Source: Nitrospirota bacterium (GTDB lineage Bacteria > Nitrospirota > UBA9217). Taken from it: 64,000 bases of DNA. Of this stretch, positions 38,642 through 50,211 are shown one piece after another. The stretch spans positions 1 through 64,000 of the forward strand of contig CAWFSF010000005.1 in assembly GCA_963818475.1 (NCBI GenBank), read 5' to 3'. The stretch's first letter is position 1, and every line of letters starts with the position of its first letter. The translations under genes and the position numbers were made by a program. The notes under the pieces are model-generated. The model was not told the DNA's origin and made no database searches. It saw only the letters and a list, made by a program, of their open reading frames with translations.

Positions 38642-40846
38642 CTATTGAGCCTTCTGATAGATCCCGCCATTCTGGAGCATATGGTCGGTTGCGCCGGGAT
38701 TGTCACCATGGCAACCAAGGCACGGGGTCTCATAGACATTGGTCTTATAGGTGGTCGCCCCGGAGGTATGGCAGGTCACGCAGGTCTTTGTGCTCTGCGG
38801 ATAGGTGATTTCGCTCCAGTCACGGCCATCGTTCATGTCGCCGGTTGCAGAGGCGGAATGGACAGCATGTACGCGATTGGAGATCTGAGCGCCATGGCTG
38901 GTCGGCTGATTCTGATCGTGACAGGACAGACAATGATCAGTATCAAAGGGCGCGACATGGTCATTCGTGTGCATCGTGGTGGCGCCATGGCAGTTGATGC
39001 AGGCATCACCGGCAACTTTCTTCTGATCGTCAGCCGTACCGATCTTGATGGTCGTCAGTGCGATCGATTCAATCTGGTACGGATGTGCAGCCGGTCCGGG
39101 AACGCTTCTATTGTACGAATAGTCACCAAACCTGGCGCGAACCATGTAGGTGCCGGCAGTTGCGTTGGCCGGAACGGTCACAGCATAATGAAAGCCGGTT
39201 GCATCGCCCTTACCAAAGAGGCTCAAGGCCTGGGTGCCCAGCAACGGCTTGGCAAGGCTGCGAGGACCATAGACATAGAGGCTCGCGGTGCGAAGTCCGC
39301 CGCCGCTAACATATGCGGCATCCTGAGCCGTGGTGTAGACTGATGTAGGAACCGGGGTTGCGGTCCCATGAAGCGTCAAGGTGGCGTCCACGGTAAAGGT
39401 CTCACCGGTAACGTAATGCGTGCCGTTGGCGGGAGCGGTCAAGACGAGCGTTACGTCGTATTCCGGAATATCAGCACTGGCGACGGTAGCGGCATGAGCG
39501 TTAACGATGTCCGCAGCATCAGCGGTGGCCACATGGCAGCCAGCGCATGATGTGGCAATCCTTGTACCCGTAGGTGTACTTGCGATAGATGGGTCATGAA
39601 TCATACTGCCGTCGGCATTTACTGTATTCCCGGTATGACAGGAGGAGCAGACCCGAGCGGTCGGATTGGTCTTCCAGTTATCGAGTTTTGTGCCAGTGCC
39701 AAGGGACGCTCCGGTTAAGTTGACATGACAGACTGACGCAGTCCTTGACGTTCTGCGGATAGGTAACAGCCGTATAGCCTTCCATCCGCTCTTCAAATGC
39801 CGGCACTTCTTTGGCAGCATGGATCTTGTGGATGAATACCGGGAGGTCGGCGGTGTCTTCTACCATAAAGCCCACCGCATGGCTACCAGAGCCATACAAA
39901 GCACTGTGGCAGAAGTCGCACGCACGGATATCATTGCGGCTGTTGGCATGGGCAGCACCATCCATCAGCGGGCCGTGGCACTTCTGGCAGGCCTGGATGG
40001 TGACGAACTGTCGCTGGGAAGCGATTGCGGTAGCATATCGCCACACCAGGATCACCATCGAAATCCAGGATCCCGATTGCCTTGTTAAATCCGGTGGGAG
40101 GAGAGCTCATCTCTATCACTACACGCTTCTTATTGGCAGCCGCATAGTCGGCATTGTTGTAGCTCGGCCACGCTGAACCAAACGGAGTGACAAAGGTATA
40201 CGAGTAATTGCCGCTGCCGCTATTAACAAGGGCGTTGGTTGCTGGTGTTGCAAGTGATCCTGTCGATGTTGCACTTGCAATACAGGTGTTGTACGTCGGA
40301 TTCGTGAGACCGTCCGCTAATTTTGTCGCTGTATCCAGTTTGGTGCCCGCAGCACATGCAGGGGCGGCAAGTTTCCCCGCTGTCTCCGAAACCCACATCT
40401 CGTAGTAATCGGTTCCATAGACTGTACCGACGGCTGTGTCACAGTACCGGCAGGGATCAGGTCGGCTATCTTGAAGCTCTGATTACTGAAGGTAATCGTG
40501 GTGTAATTCGCAAGAGTTCCGGTTTGACGATCTTTCCTATCCACATGAAATTAACCTTCGGGAAACCGCCCACGTTTTCCACGCTCGTGACAGTAACGAT
40601 CAGACCTTCATTGGTGTTGTCGGGATGCATAACCGCAACATCCGCGAGCGCACCCGTCTTGTGGCATACCATACATGATTCATTGGTCGTGGTCACCGGG
40701 CCTGCAGGACCCGTCGCACCTGTCGCGCCATTCGCGCCTGACGCGCCGTTATCGCCTTTACAGCCGGCCAGGAGACTCATGGTGAAAAGCATGGTAAAAC
40801 ATACGAGCAAAAGCATAAACTTCTTTGTCAATGACTGAACCTTCAT
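38642..40846 (-). CDS. OmcA/MtrC-family decaheme cytochrome lipoprotein 2 (several apparent frameshifts)
   Basis: Lipobox LLAGC and Gxx repeats; CMVCH, CQKCH, CDFCH, CV[+a]VCH, CSSCH, CAGCH, CINCH, CLSCH, CVTCH and CLGCH across four ORF pieces; FIHKIH and TYPQ motifs. Confidence 0.85.
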
Positions 40847-41013
40847 AAACGTTGCCTCCCCTTTTTCGTTTTTTAATTCAACAAACTGCAACTAACTGCA
40901 CACCACTATTCGGTGATACTAATGCATATGCCTCCTTTTTTTTATTTGTATAAACACCGACGACTTTAATTCTAAAGTCATTCAAATAAATATGGTTTTA
41001 TTTACTAATACTA

Positions 41014-41031
41014 ATGCAATAGGCATACCGT
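41014..41031 (-). promoter_or_regulatory. Sigma54 (-24/-12) promoter candidate
   Basis: Minus-strand ACGGTATGCCTATTGCAT has exact GG-N10-GC spacing with TTGC, about 170 bp upstream of cytochrome 2. Confidence 0.65.
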
Positions 41032-41102
41032 TTCACAACTATAAAAAAACATCATAAAAACAACTTATTAAAATATTTCCTAAATAGAGTTTAGTACGGA
41101 CG

Positions 41103-41139
41103 TGGTGAAATGACCTGAGCGGGTGTGGCTATTTCACCA
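41103..41139. promoter_or_regulatory. Candidate enhancer (UAS) inverted repeat
   Basis: TGGTGAAAT-N19-ATTTCACCA, 75-110 bp upstream of the -24 element across an AT-rich spacer. Confidence 0.45.
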
Positions 41140-41267
41140 GGAGCAGGTTTTGCTTAGATCGTTTATTTTTTATATTGGATGTGATTTTCAGTTATTGTGG
41201 GATATGTTGCGATTGTATTCGGTGGTTTCAAGGCACTCGTAGCGGAAATCGTGGTGCAACCTCTATC

Positions 41268-42653
41268 TTACAGCCCGTATTTTTTCACCTGATATCTCAG
41301 CGTGTCGTAGGTGAGGTTCAGCAGTTTTGCTGCCTGAGCCTTGTTATGCTTCGTTTTTTCGAGCGCCTGGAGAATGATGTCCCGCTCAAGGTCTTCGAGG
41401 GAGATGCCGGCGTCGGGCAGAAGAAAACGCCCTTCCACAAAGAGGTCCGCTGCCGACAACCTGCCGGTCAGTGTTGCCGGCAGATGCTCAGCCCGGATCT
41501 CCCCTTCGCTGCCGAGCACAACAAGTCGTTCCACGCAATTTCTCAGTTCCCTGATGTTCCCGGGCCATGGATAGGCGAGCATGATCTTTTCCGCTTCCAA
41601 CGAGATGGACGTAATGCCTTTTTTGTTATACTTTCCGGAAAAAAGGGAGATGAAATGCCTGGCAAGCAGCAGAATATCCTCCTTCCGCTCCCGGAGCGAC
41701 GGCATGGTGACATGAAAGCTGTTCAGACGGTAGAACAGGTCGCTCCTGAATATCCCCTTCTTGACCGCATCAGCAAGGTTTATATTCGTCGTGGCAATCA
41801 CTGCAACGTCCACGGGAATGCTCTCCGATCCCCCGACATGCCTCACCTGCCGCTCCTCGAGGAACCGCAGCAACTTGCTCTGGAGAGCAGGCTGCATTTC
41901 GCCGACCTCGTCGAGCAGGATCACGCCGCCGTTGGCAAGCTCGAACACTCCCTTTTTGTCCGTCTTGGCGTCTGTGAAGGATCCTTTCTCATAACCGAAA
42001 AGCTCGCTCTCCAGCAGGTGCTCCGGCAGCGCCGCGCAATTGACCGCCATGTAGGGCAGCCTCCTTGGCTCGGAGGCGCCATGCAGCATGCTGTGAAAGT
42101 ACCGGGCCAGCAGTTCCTTGCCGGTCCCGCTTTCCCCGGTGATGAGGAGGCTCGTCACGTGGGCGGAGGCTAATTTTTCCACCGTCGTTCGCAGCTCCAT
42201 CATCACCCGCGACCCGCCGATCATCTCCCGATCAAAGGATTCAGCATTGACCTTTCTGAGATAATCGACCTCCCGGGTCAGCTGCGCCCGCTCGATGATG
42301 TTGCGGAGCAGGATCTTCACTTCTTCGATATTGAACGGTTTGGTGAGATAATCCGCCGCGCCGAGCTTCATCGCTTTCACCGCCGTCTCGGCAGTATCGT
42401 CGGCCGTCAGCATGACGACCTGCGTGGCGATCTTCTGCTCCACCAGCTCCCGCAGGATATCGAGCCCGCTCCGTCCGGACAGATTGTTGTCCAGGAGCAC
42501 GATATCGGGGTACCAGGTTTTTATTTTCCCCACAATGCCGTCAGCGCCGGTCTCGACGCGGACATCATAGCCGCCGTTCTTCAGCGCCCGGGAGAGCATT
42601 GACCCTATGAGCGCATCGTCGTCAACGACCAGAATTCTATCCTTAACCTTCAT
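41268..42653 (-). CDS. Sigma54-dependent response regulator
   Basis: Receiver domain, GESGTGKE, GSFTDA loop variant, LLDEVGE, WPGNIREL and HTH. Confidence 0.94.
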   Translation of the reverse strand: MKVKDRILVVDDDALIGSMLSRALKNGGYDVRVETGADGIVGKIKTWYPDIVLLDNNLSGRSGLDILRELVEQKIATQVVMLTADDTAETAVKAMKLGAADYLTKPFNIEEVKILLRNIIERAQLTREVDYLRKVNAESFDREMIGGSRVMMELRTTVEKLASAHVTSLLITGESGTGKELLARYFHSMLHGASEPRRLPYMAVNCAALPEHLLESELFGYEKGSFTDAKTDKKGVFELANGGVILLDEVGEMQPALQSKLLRFLEERQVRHVGGSESIPVDVAVIATTNINLADAVKKGIFRSDLFYRLNSFHVTMPSLRERKEDILLLARHFISLFSGKYNKKGITSISLEAEKIMLAYPWPGNIRELRNCVERLVVLGSEGEIRAEHLPATLTGRLSAADLFVEGRFLLPDAGISLEDLERDIILQALEKTKHNKAQAAKLLNLTYDTLRYQVKKYGL

Positions 42654-44475
42654 CCCCTGCAGTTTCCTTTCCCTGGTTGCAGCCGAGAGTCATGCTGAAC
42701 GCCGTTCCCCTTTCCTCGCTGCTCTCGATGGCGATCCGGCCCCCCTGCTCCTCGATCAACCGTTTGGATATGGCCAGCCCCAGGCCGGTCCCGCCGGACT
42801 TGGTCGTGAAAAAAGGCTGAAAGATCTTGCCCAGGACCGCGGCATCCATCCCCTTGCCGGTATCGGCGATAACAACCGTGACGGCGCAAAGGGCATCATC
42901 AAAGGATGTTTTCAACTGGATCGTGCCGCCTTCGGGCATGGCATCCACGGCATTCATGAGCAGGTTCATAAATACCTGTCTCAGCTGCATGGGGTCGGCG
43001 ATGACCTCGGGAAGGTCCTGCGCAAGGTCCTTCGCCAGATCGATCGTGCGCGAATCGCCGATTGATGGGGGGCGGTTCTGCAGCACCATCTGCGCAGCGG
43101 CATCGAGCACGGCGTTCACATCGGTGGCCATGAATTGCGGTTTGGGAGGCCGTGCGAAATTCAGCAGGCCCTTTAACAAGCCGTCGATGCGCTTGATCTC
43201 ATCAATGACCTTGAAAAGAACGTCCCGGTCCTCCTGCGTGATGTAGGACTCGCCGGCAAGGGTCTCCATGGTCACCTTGATCCCTGCCAGAGGGTTCTTG
43301 ATCTCGTGCGCCAGTCCTGCAGCCAGCACGCCGGTGGTCCTGAGATGTTCGGCCCGCTGAAGCGTCTCTTCCGTACGCTTTCGCTCGGTCATGTCCCGGT
43401 CGATCGCCAGGATATACCGATGATTGTCGAACTCGAACACGCCGGCGCTGATCTCCACGGGGAACACGGTGCCGTCCTTTTTCACATGATTAATTTCGGT
43501 CTTAATCCATTCCCCCTGCAGCAACCGTTTGATCCGTTCGAACGAAAGCTGCGCAGCATCGGGATCATCGATTTCCTGGATATGGAGCGTCATGAGCTCC
43601 TCCACCGTATATCGGTGCATTGCGGCCGCGGACTGGTTGGCGGATACGATCCTGCCCGCGCCTTCCCCTTCGGCATCGAGAATAAAGATGGCGTCAGCCG
43701 CGCTTTCGAACAGCAGGCGGTAGCGGCGTTCGTTCTCCGTTATTTCCCGCAAACGCTCCCGAAGGGCGATGGCCATATCATTGAAAGCGATCGCCAGTTC
43801 CGCGAACTCATGCTTCAGGCCTGCGACCCGGAAATCAAGGTCCCCGGTCTTCAATTGTTTCGTTGCAGCAAGGAGGGTTTGTATCGGTTTGGCAAAACTG
43901 TTGAGTGTCATGAAGCCGAATACAGCGACCATCAGGGGGCCGGCGATGACGAGCAGCAGCACAATGATCTTTGACTGGTTCACCGCCTGCAGGGAGCTGT
44001 CGGTCCGCTCCATGAGCTTCTGGTTGGTCAGTACGATCATGGTGTTGACCTTGCTGATGAGCGAATCGCCAATGACGTGCGCTTTTTGAAGTTCTCCGCG
44101 GGAATGGCCGTCACGGGTGCTCAGGTCCAGCGACTCTTTCAGCTGATAGACCTGGTGCTGCAGATCAGAAAGCCGTTCGGTCACGCTCTGCGTATGGTGG
44201 CACGAGAAACAGGCCTTGATCGCGGCCTCCATGCTGCTCGCGTGGTTCTTCATCGCGTCGGCGCTTTCCGGGTGCGTCGTGGTTTGCGAGTACAGATCTT
44301 CCTGAACCTGGTGAATGTTCAGCAGCAGATGCTCCCGCTGGATCTCGACCTGGTGCAGCATGATCAACTCCTGCAAATTCGATGAGCTTTGTCCGATGGA
44401 ATAGATGAGACCGGCGCCGCCGGCGACGGCGATCAGAGAAAAAATGCTGACTATGATAAGAATTTTCTTTTTCAT
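42643..44475 (-). CDS. Sensor histidine kinase with periplasmic heme c motif, HAMP and PAS
   Basis: Two TM helices flank CFSCH; HAMP; PAS (LFESAADAI...KDGTVFPVE); AHEIKNPL and FFTTKSGGTGLGL. Confidence 0.92.
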   Translation of the reverse strand: MKKKILIIVSIFSLIAVAGGAGLIYSIGQSSSNLQELIMLHQVEIQREHLLLNIHQVQEDLYSQTTTHPESADAMKNHASSMEAAIKACFSCHHTQSVTERLSDLQHQVYQLKESLDLSTRDGHSRGELQKAHVIGDSLISKVNTMIVLTNQKLMERTDSSLQAVNQSKIIVLLLVIAGPLMVAVFGFMTLNSFAKPIQTLLAATKQLKTGDLDFRVAGLKHEFAELAIAFNDMAIALRERLREITENERRYRLLFESAADAIFILDAEGEGAGRIVSANQSAAAMHRYTVEELMTLHIQEIDDPDAAQLSFERIKRLLQGEWIKTEINHVKKDGTVFPVEISAGVFEFDNHRYILAIDRDMTERKRTEETLQRAEHLRTTGVLAAGLAHEIKNPLAGIKVTMETLAGESYITQEDRDVLFKVIDEIKRIDGLLKGLLNFARPPKPQFMATDVNAVLDAAAQMVLQNRPPSIGDSRTIDLAKDLAQDLPEVIADPMQLRQVFMNLLMNAVDAMPEGGTIQLKTSFDDALCAVTVVIADTGKGMDAAVLGKIFQPFFTTKSGGTGLGLAISKRLIEEQGGRIAIESSEERGTAFSMTLGCNQGKETAGDEG

Positions 44476-44754
44476 CGTGAAGTTGAGCCGCAAGCACTCT
44501 TTGGTTCCTGCCGGGAGACTGCTTCCGGCACTGAAGCCGCCGCGGTTTATTCCCTGCGGTGACATGTCCAGAGAGGGCATCGGTAATCCTGGTGATAGTA
44601 GCCCAGATGCCTCCTCATGTCAACAGGGTGTACCGGGACGTGCAGAGGTATGCAACCGGTATGCAGCGAAAGGAGGAATGCGAAAACAGGATTGGATGAT
44701 TTTTCAGGACAAGCGGGCTATCGGGCCTGACGACAACAGGTCTCCGTAGATCCC

Positions 44755-44939
44755 AAAAACGACATTTGGACACGGAAGAATCGGAAACATCTGATTACCA
44801 GAAGTAGGCGCTTCTAAGCGACGCGGATAAATTTCCAAAGCAAAGCATTCACCTATTGGGTAAACCTCTTATAAAAGAAATAATCCGCCGTTATCCGGCT
44901 CTTATCCGTGTTAATCCGTGTCCAAATGCTTTTTTAAGG
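44755..44939. mobile_element. MITE/REP-like element, copy 1
   Basis: TIR CATTTGGACACGGA/TCCGTGTCCAAATG; near-identical to 52390-52545. Confidence 0.7.
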
Positions 44940-44975
44940 TAGATAGATCTGAACAGGAAGGCCGCGCCAGTTTCC

Positions 44976-45560
44976 CTACCGGCCGGACAGCAAGGCAAAG
45001 ATCCTGCTCCGCAATTCATCCAGGCCAAGGCCGCTGGTCGCGGAAGTGGGAATGATCCTTTCGGTTATTCCCAGGCCCGCGCTGACCGTCTGTTCGGCCC
45101 GCAGGAACTCCTGGCGGTTCAGTTTGTCGGCCTTGGTAAAGACATACACGGCGGGGATATTATAATGTTTGAGCCAGGCGATCATCCGGGCGTCACGTTC
45201 ATCGGGCTCGCGGCGCATATCGAGCAGCACCACGACGGCCCGCAGCTGGTGCGTATCGCGAAGATACTCCTCCAGCATCGGCGCCCAGGTATCGACCACA
45301 TTGCGCGGAACGCGGGCGAACCCGTACCCGGGAAGATCGACAAAGTAGAACTGATCGTTAATGACGAAGAAGTTGATAAGCTGGGTCTTGCCCGGCGTGG
45401 CGCTCGTCTTGACCAGGTGCTTGCGGTTCAGGACGGCATTGATGAGCGAGGATTTTCCGACATTGGACCGGCCGGCGAAGGCGATCTGCGGCCTGCCGTC
45501 TATGGGGCACTGTTTCGAACTCGGGGCGCTGATCACAAACTCGGCGGAAAGTATTTTCAT
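44976..45560 (-). CDS. engB: Ribosome biogenesis GTPase EngB/YihA
   Basis: GRSNVGKS, PGKT, DLPGYG and TKAD. Confidence 0.95.
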   Translation of the reverse strand: MKILSAEFVISAPSSKQCPIDGRPQIAFAGRSNVGKSSLINAVLNRKHLVKTSATPGKTQLINFFVINDQFYFVDLPGYGFARVPRNVVDTWAPMLEEYLRDTHQLRAVVVLLDMRREPDERDARMIAWLKHYNIPAVYVFTKADKLNRQEFLRAEQTVSAGLGITERIIPTSATSGLGLDELRSRIFALLSGR

Positions 45561-45570
45561 AGGTTTATAC

Positions 45571-45655
45571 AGGAGTCAGGAGCGTGTAGTCAGATAAAAA
45601 AACCAGGAGAGAACCGCATTTACTGGATTCTGACTCCTGGCTTCTGAATACTGTC
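45571..45655. repeat. Heptamer-periodic inverted repeat
   Basis: AGGAGTCAGGAG...AGTCAGA and TTCTGACTCCTGGCTTCTGA. Confidence 0.55.
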
Positions 45656-45669
45656 TTTTTATTGTCTTT

Positions 45670-46911
<1,242 letters not shown>

Positions 46912-46915
46912 GACG

Positions 46916-47521
46916 CTATTTCTCCTTCACGGCCCGAGGCAGCTTCTTGGCAATGACCTCGTCAATAAGGCCGTACTGCTTCGCGTCCTCGCCGGACATG
47001 AAAAAGTCCCTGTCCGTATCCGCGTGTATCTTCTCAAGCGGCTGTCCAGTATGGTTCGCCATGATCTGGTTCAGGGTGTCCTTCATCTTCAGGATCTCCC
47101 GGGCATGGATCTCAATGTCCGTGGCCTGCCCCTGGAACCCGCCGAGCGGCTGATGGATCATGATCCGCGCATGGGGAAGGGAGAACCGCTTTCCTTTCGC
47201 TCCTGATCCGAGCAGCAGCGCACCCATGCTTGCGGCCTGACCGATGCAGATGGTCGATACCGGGGACTTGATGTAGTTCATGGTATCGTAGATCGCCAAT
47301 CCTGCCGTCACAATGCCCCCGGGCGAGTTGATGTACAGGAAAATGTCCTTATCCGGATCGTCGGCCTCCAGGAACAACAGCTGGGCGATCACCGTGTTGG
47401 CAACGATATCGTCAATGGCCGTACCCAGGAAGATGATCCGGTCCTTCAGCAGCCGGGAATAAATATCATAGGCCCGCTCGCCCCGGCTTGTTTGCTCAAT
47501 TACCATCGGGATCAATGACAT
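46916..47521 (-). CDS. clpP: Clp protease proteolytic subunit
   Basis: [20 protein letters not shown] and IMIHQP. Confidence 0.98.
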   Translation of the reverse strand: MSLIPMVIEQTSRGERAYDIYSRLLKDRIIFLGTAIDDIVANTVIAQLLFLEADDPDKDIFLYINSPGGIVTAGLAIYDTMNYIKSPVSTICIGQAASMGALLLGSGAKGKRFSLPHARIMIHQPLGGFQGQATDIEIHAREILKMKDTLNQIMANHTGQPLEKIHADTDRDFFMSGEDAKQYGLIDEVIAKKLPRAVKEK

Positions 47522-47607
47522 GCCTTCTCCTTCATCGCCCTGCGTCCGCTCAGAACACCCGATCTGCGCACGCAGGGTACTACCTGCATCGCCTGAACTT
47601 CAGGCAA

Positions 47608-48892
47608 TTAATTATAACTCTTCTTCGCCCGGGAAAGCAAGAGGGTCAGGGTCTTCTCCTGCACCAGCGAGGACCGCAGATTTTCGAGTCCGCCGTCGAC
47701 GGAGTCGTAGTATTTCCTGATGGCCTCCACCGACTGCTTTGATGACCGGGCCATTGCCGCGATGGCCGAGGTGACCTCAGCTTCGCTCACTTCCACTTTT
47801 TCCTTGTCTGCGATCGTGTCCAGGATCAGGACACCCTTGACACGCTGTTCGGACAGGGCTTTATGTTCTTCAATGAACTTCGCCGCATCGAAGGATTTGA
47901 CATCCATCCCCTGCCGCGCCATGCGGGTTGCCTGCTTGCGCATCATGGACTGAAGCTCACGTTCCACCATGCCGGGAGGAACGTCGAACTGGTGGCTGTC
48001 GATGAGCTTCGAGAGCAGCTCTTCCCGCTGGGCCGAGGTCTGCTCGTCGCGCTTTCTCAGCTCGAGGTCCTTCTTGATCCCCGCCTTGAGTTCGTCAAGG
48101 GACTTGTCGCCGCCGATGTCCTTCGCAAATTCGTCGTTCAGTTCAGGCAGCACCTTTTTCTTGATCTCTTTCAAGGTGACCGTGAAGGCCGCGTCCTTGC
48201 CCGCCAGTGCCGCACTGCTGTAATCCTTCGGGAAGGTGACCTTGATCTTGCGCGTCTCGCCCTTGTTCATGCCCACCAGCTGTTCCTCGAAGCCCGGGAT
48301 CAGCGAGTTCGTGCCGAGGGCAAGCATGTGGTCCGCTGCCTTGGCGCCCTCGATGGACTTGCCGCTGTCGTCAAACCCTTCAAAATCGATGATGGCCGTA
48401 TCGGTCTTGTCGAGCGGCCTGCCCTCGACGACCTCGAGCTGTGCATACATCTCCCGCAAACGGTCCAGGGTCTCGTTGAGTTCGCCGTCCGTGACCTCAA
48501 GCGCTCTGTTCCTTCACTTCGATGCCGTCGTAGGTGCCGAGCTCGATGACCGGCCGAACCTCAACCGTTGCAACAAAGGTGAGCGGAGCGCCTTTGGCCA
48601 GCGGCGAGACATCGCTGATCTGCGGCACATCCACGGGATTCAGGCTGTTTTGTTCCAGGGTCCGGAGATAGTGCTCGCTCACGAGCCGCTGCAGCACTTC
48701 GGACCGCACCTCGTCGCCGTAGTGCTTCTCTACAATGGCCTTCGGCGCTTTGCCGGGCCGAAAACCGGGGATCTTTGCCGTTTTGGAGACTTCCGCGATC
48801 GCCCGGGCGATTTCCTTATCCACGGCTTCCGGGGAAACTTCGATCGAGATCTTTTTCTTCAGGGTTCCGATATCTTCTACAACAGCTTTCAT
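47608..48892 (-). CDS. tig: Trigger factor (apparent frameshift near 48500)
   Basis: IPGFRPGKAP, IDFEG and IPGFEEQL across two ORFs upstream of clpP. Confidence 0.95.
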
Positions 48893-49027
48893 GGCTTGTC
48901 CACCTTTGCTTGAGCGTTCTTACTTATGAGTTGGGATCGTTGTGATCGTTCGAATGTAGAGCGTGTGCGGGAACTGCGTTACCTTCGGTAGCCGGGGGCT
49001 GGGACGTGATTCCGCACAGAGAACAAC

Positions 49028-49110
49028 TGGTGCGAGAGGGGGGACTTGAACCCCCACGGTCGCCCACCAGATCCTAAGTCTGGCGCGTCTGCCAGTTCCG
49101 CCACTCTCGC
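49028..49110 (-). tRNA. tRNA-Leu(TAG)
   Basis: Cloverleaf with variable arm, anticodon loop CT-TAG-GA, TTCAAGT T-loop and encoded CCA. Confidence 0.93.
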
Positions 49111-49190
49111 TCCATAACAACGAGAGCAGTGTGCCATCAAGCAGATCCACGACTCGCTGCCTGCTGCTCACTGCTCCCTGTGTGTTTTTA

Positions 49191-49266
<76 letters not shown>

Positions 49267-49360
49267 ATAAATTAACTTTTGTGGAACCAGATGCAAAACG
49301 GAACCATTATACTTATCTTTGACCACAGATGCAACTAAAAACGTAATTCGTGTGAAATTT

Positions 49361-49437
49361 TGGTGCGCCCGGCGGGAGTCGGACCCACGACCTTTGGCTT
49401 CGGAGGCCAACGCTCTATCCAGCTGAGCTACGGGCGC
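49361..49437 (-). tRNA. tRNA-Arg(CCG)
   Basis: GCGCCCGTAGCTCAG..., loop CT-CCG-AA, CCA end; T-loop reads TCCGACT. Confidence 0.92.
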
Positions 49438-49443
49438 ATCTTA

Positions 49444-49520
49444 AATTCGGAATGGCGAATTCGGAATTGCGGATTGTTCTTGTTGCGGTTTCATTCCGCA
49501 ATCCGCAATTCGCCATTCAG
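49444..49520. repeat. Heptamer-periodic inverted repeat
   Basis: TTCGGAATGGCGAATTCGGAATTGCGGATT ... ATTCCGCAATCCGCAATTCGCCATTC. Confidence 0.75.
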
Positions 49521-49531
49521 CATTGACTTTC

Positions 49532-49608
<77 letters not shown>

Positions 49609-49630
49609 ATAACAAGCCTCTTAAAACGTT

Positions 49631-49659
49631 GTAGAGACGGCCGACGCGACCGTCTCTAC
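49631..49659. repeat. GTAG-type REP palindrome
   Basis: GTAGAGACGG-CCGACGCGA-CCGTCTCTAC. Confidence 0.7.
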
Positions 49660-49669
49660 GATCAAAAAT

Positions 49670-49746
49670 TGGGGTGAGCGACGGGGCTTGAACCCGCGGC
49701 CACCAGGGCCACAACCTGGAGCTCTACCAACTGAGCTACGCCCACC
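49670..49746 (-). tRNA. tRNA-His(GTG)
   Basis: Loop TT-GTG-GC, G-1 and C73 discriminator, CCA end. Confidence 0.93.
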
Positions 49747-49791
49747 ATGAATCTACATCGGACAGTTTATTTCAGATTGCAGAATGACGTC

Positions 49792-49820
49792 ATTTTATAG
49801 ATTACCGCACGATTTGTCAA
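49792..49820 (-). promoter_or_regulatory. Sigma70 promoter for tRNA-His and downstream tRNAs
   Basis: Minus-strand TTGACA-17 bp-TAAAAT. Confidence 0.6.
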
Positions 49821-49865
49821 TAAACAATCCGCATGCAGCGATCTAAATTCCGCATTTTATTCTAT

Positions 49866-49942
49866 TGGTGCGCCTGACGGGATTCGAACCCATGGCCCAC
49901 AGCTTAGAAGGCTGTTGCTCTATCCAACTGAGCTACAGGCGC
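49866..49942 (-). tRNA. tRNA-Arg(TCT)
   Basis: Loop CT-TCT-AA, TTCGAAT T-loop, CCA end. Confidence 0.94.
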
Positions 49943-49951
49943 GATCGTAAT

Positions 49952-50028
49952 TGGTCGGGGCGAGAGGATTTGAACCTCCGGCTTTCTGCTCCCAAAGCAG
50001 ACGCGCTACCGGGCTGCGCCACGCCCCG
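49952..50028 (-). tRNA. tRNA-Pro(TGG)
   Basis: CGGGGCG acceptor stem, loop TT-TGG-GA, CCA end. Confidence 0.94.
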
Positions 50029-50068
50029 CGAGGATAGGCCAAAAAAATCGCTGATTCCGCACCGGCCT

Positions 50069-50097
50069 ATAATACTCAGCAAGCCATTCATTGTCAA
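50069..50097 (-). promoter_or_regulatory. Sigma70 promoter of the tRNA cluster
   Basis: Minus-strand TTGACA-17 bp-TATTAT. Confidence 0.65.
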
Positions 50098-50211
50098 GCG
50101 CTATATGCAATAATTATACATATTTTTCAGCACCATCGGGACGGTAGCAGCCTTGGCCCGGCCTTTTCATTCCTTCGCCCTTTTCCCTTGAATTGACCGG
50201 CTTTTTGTACT

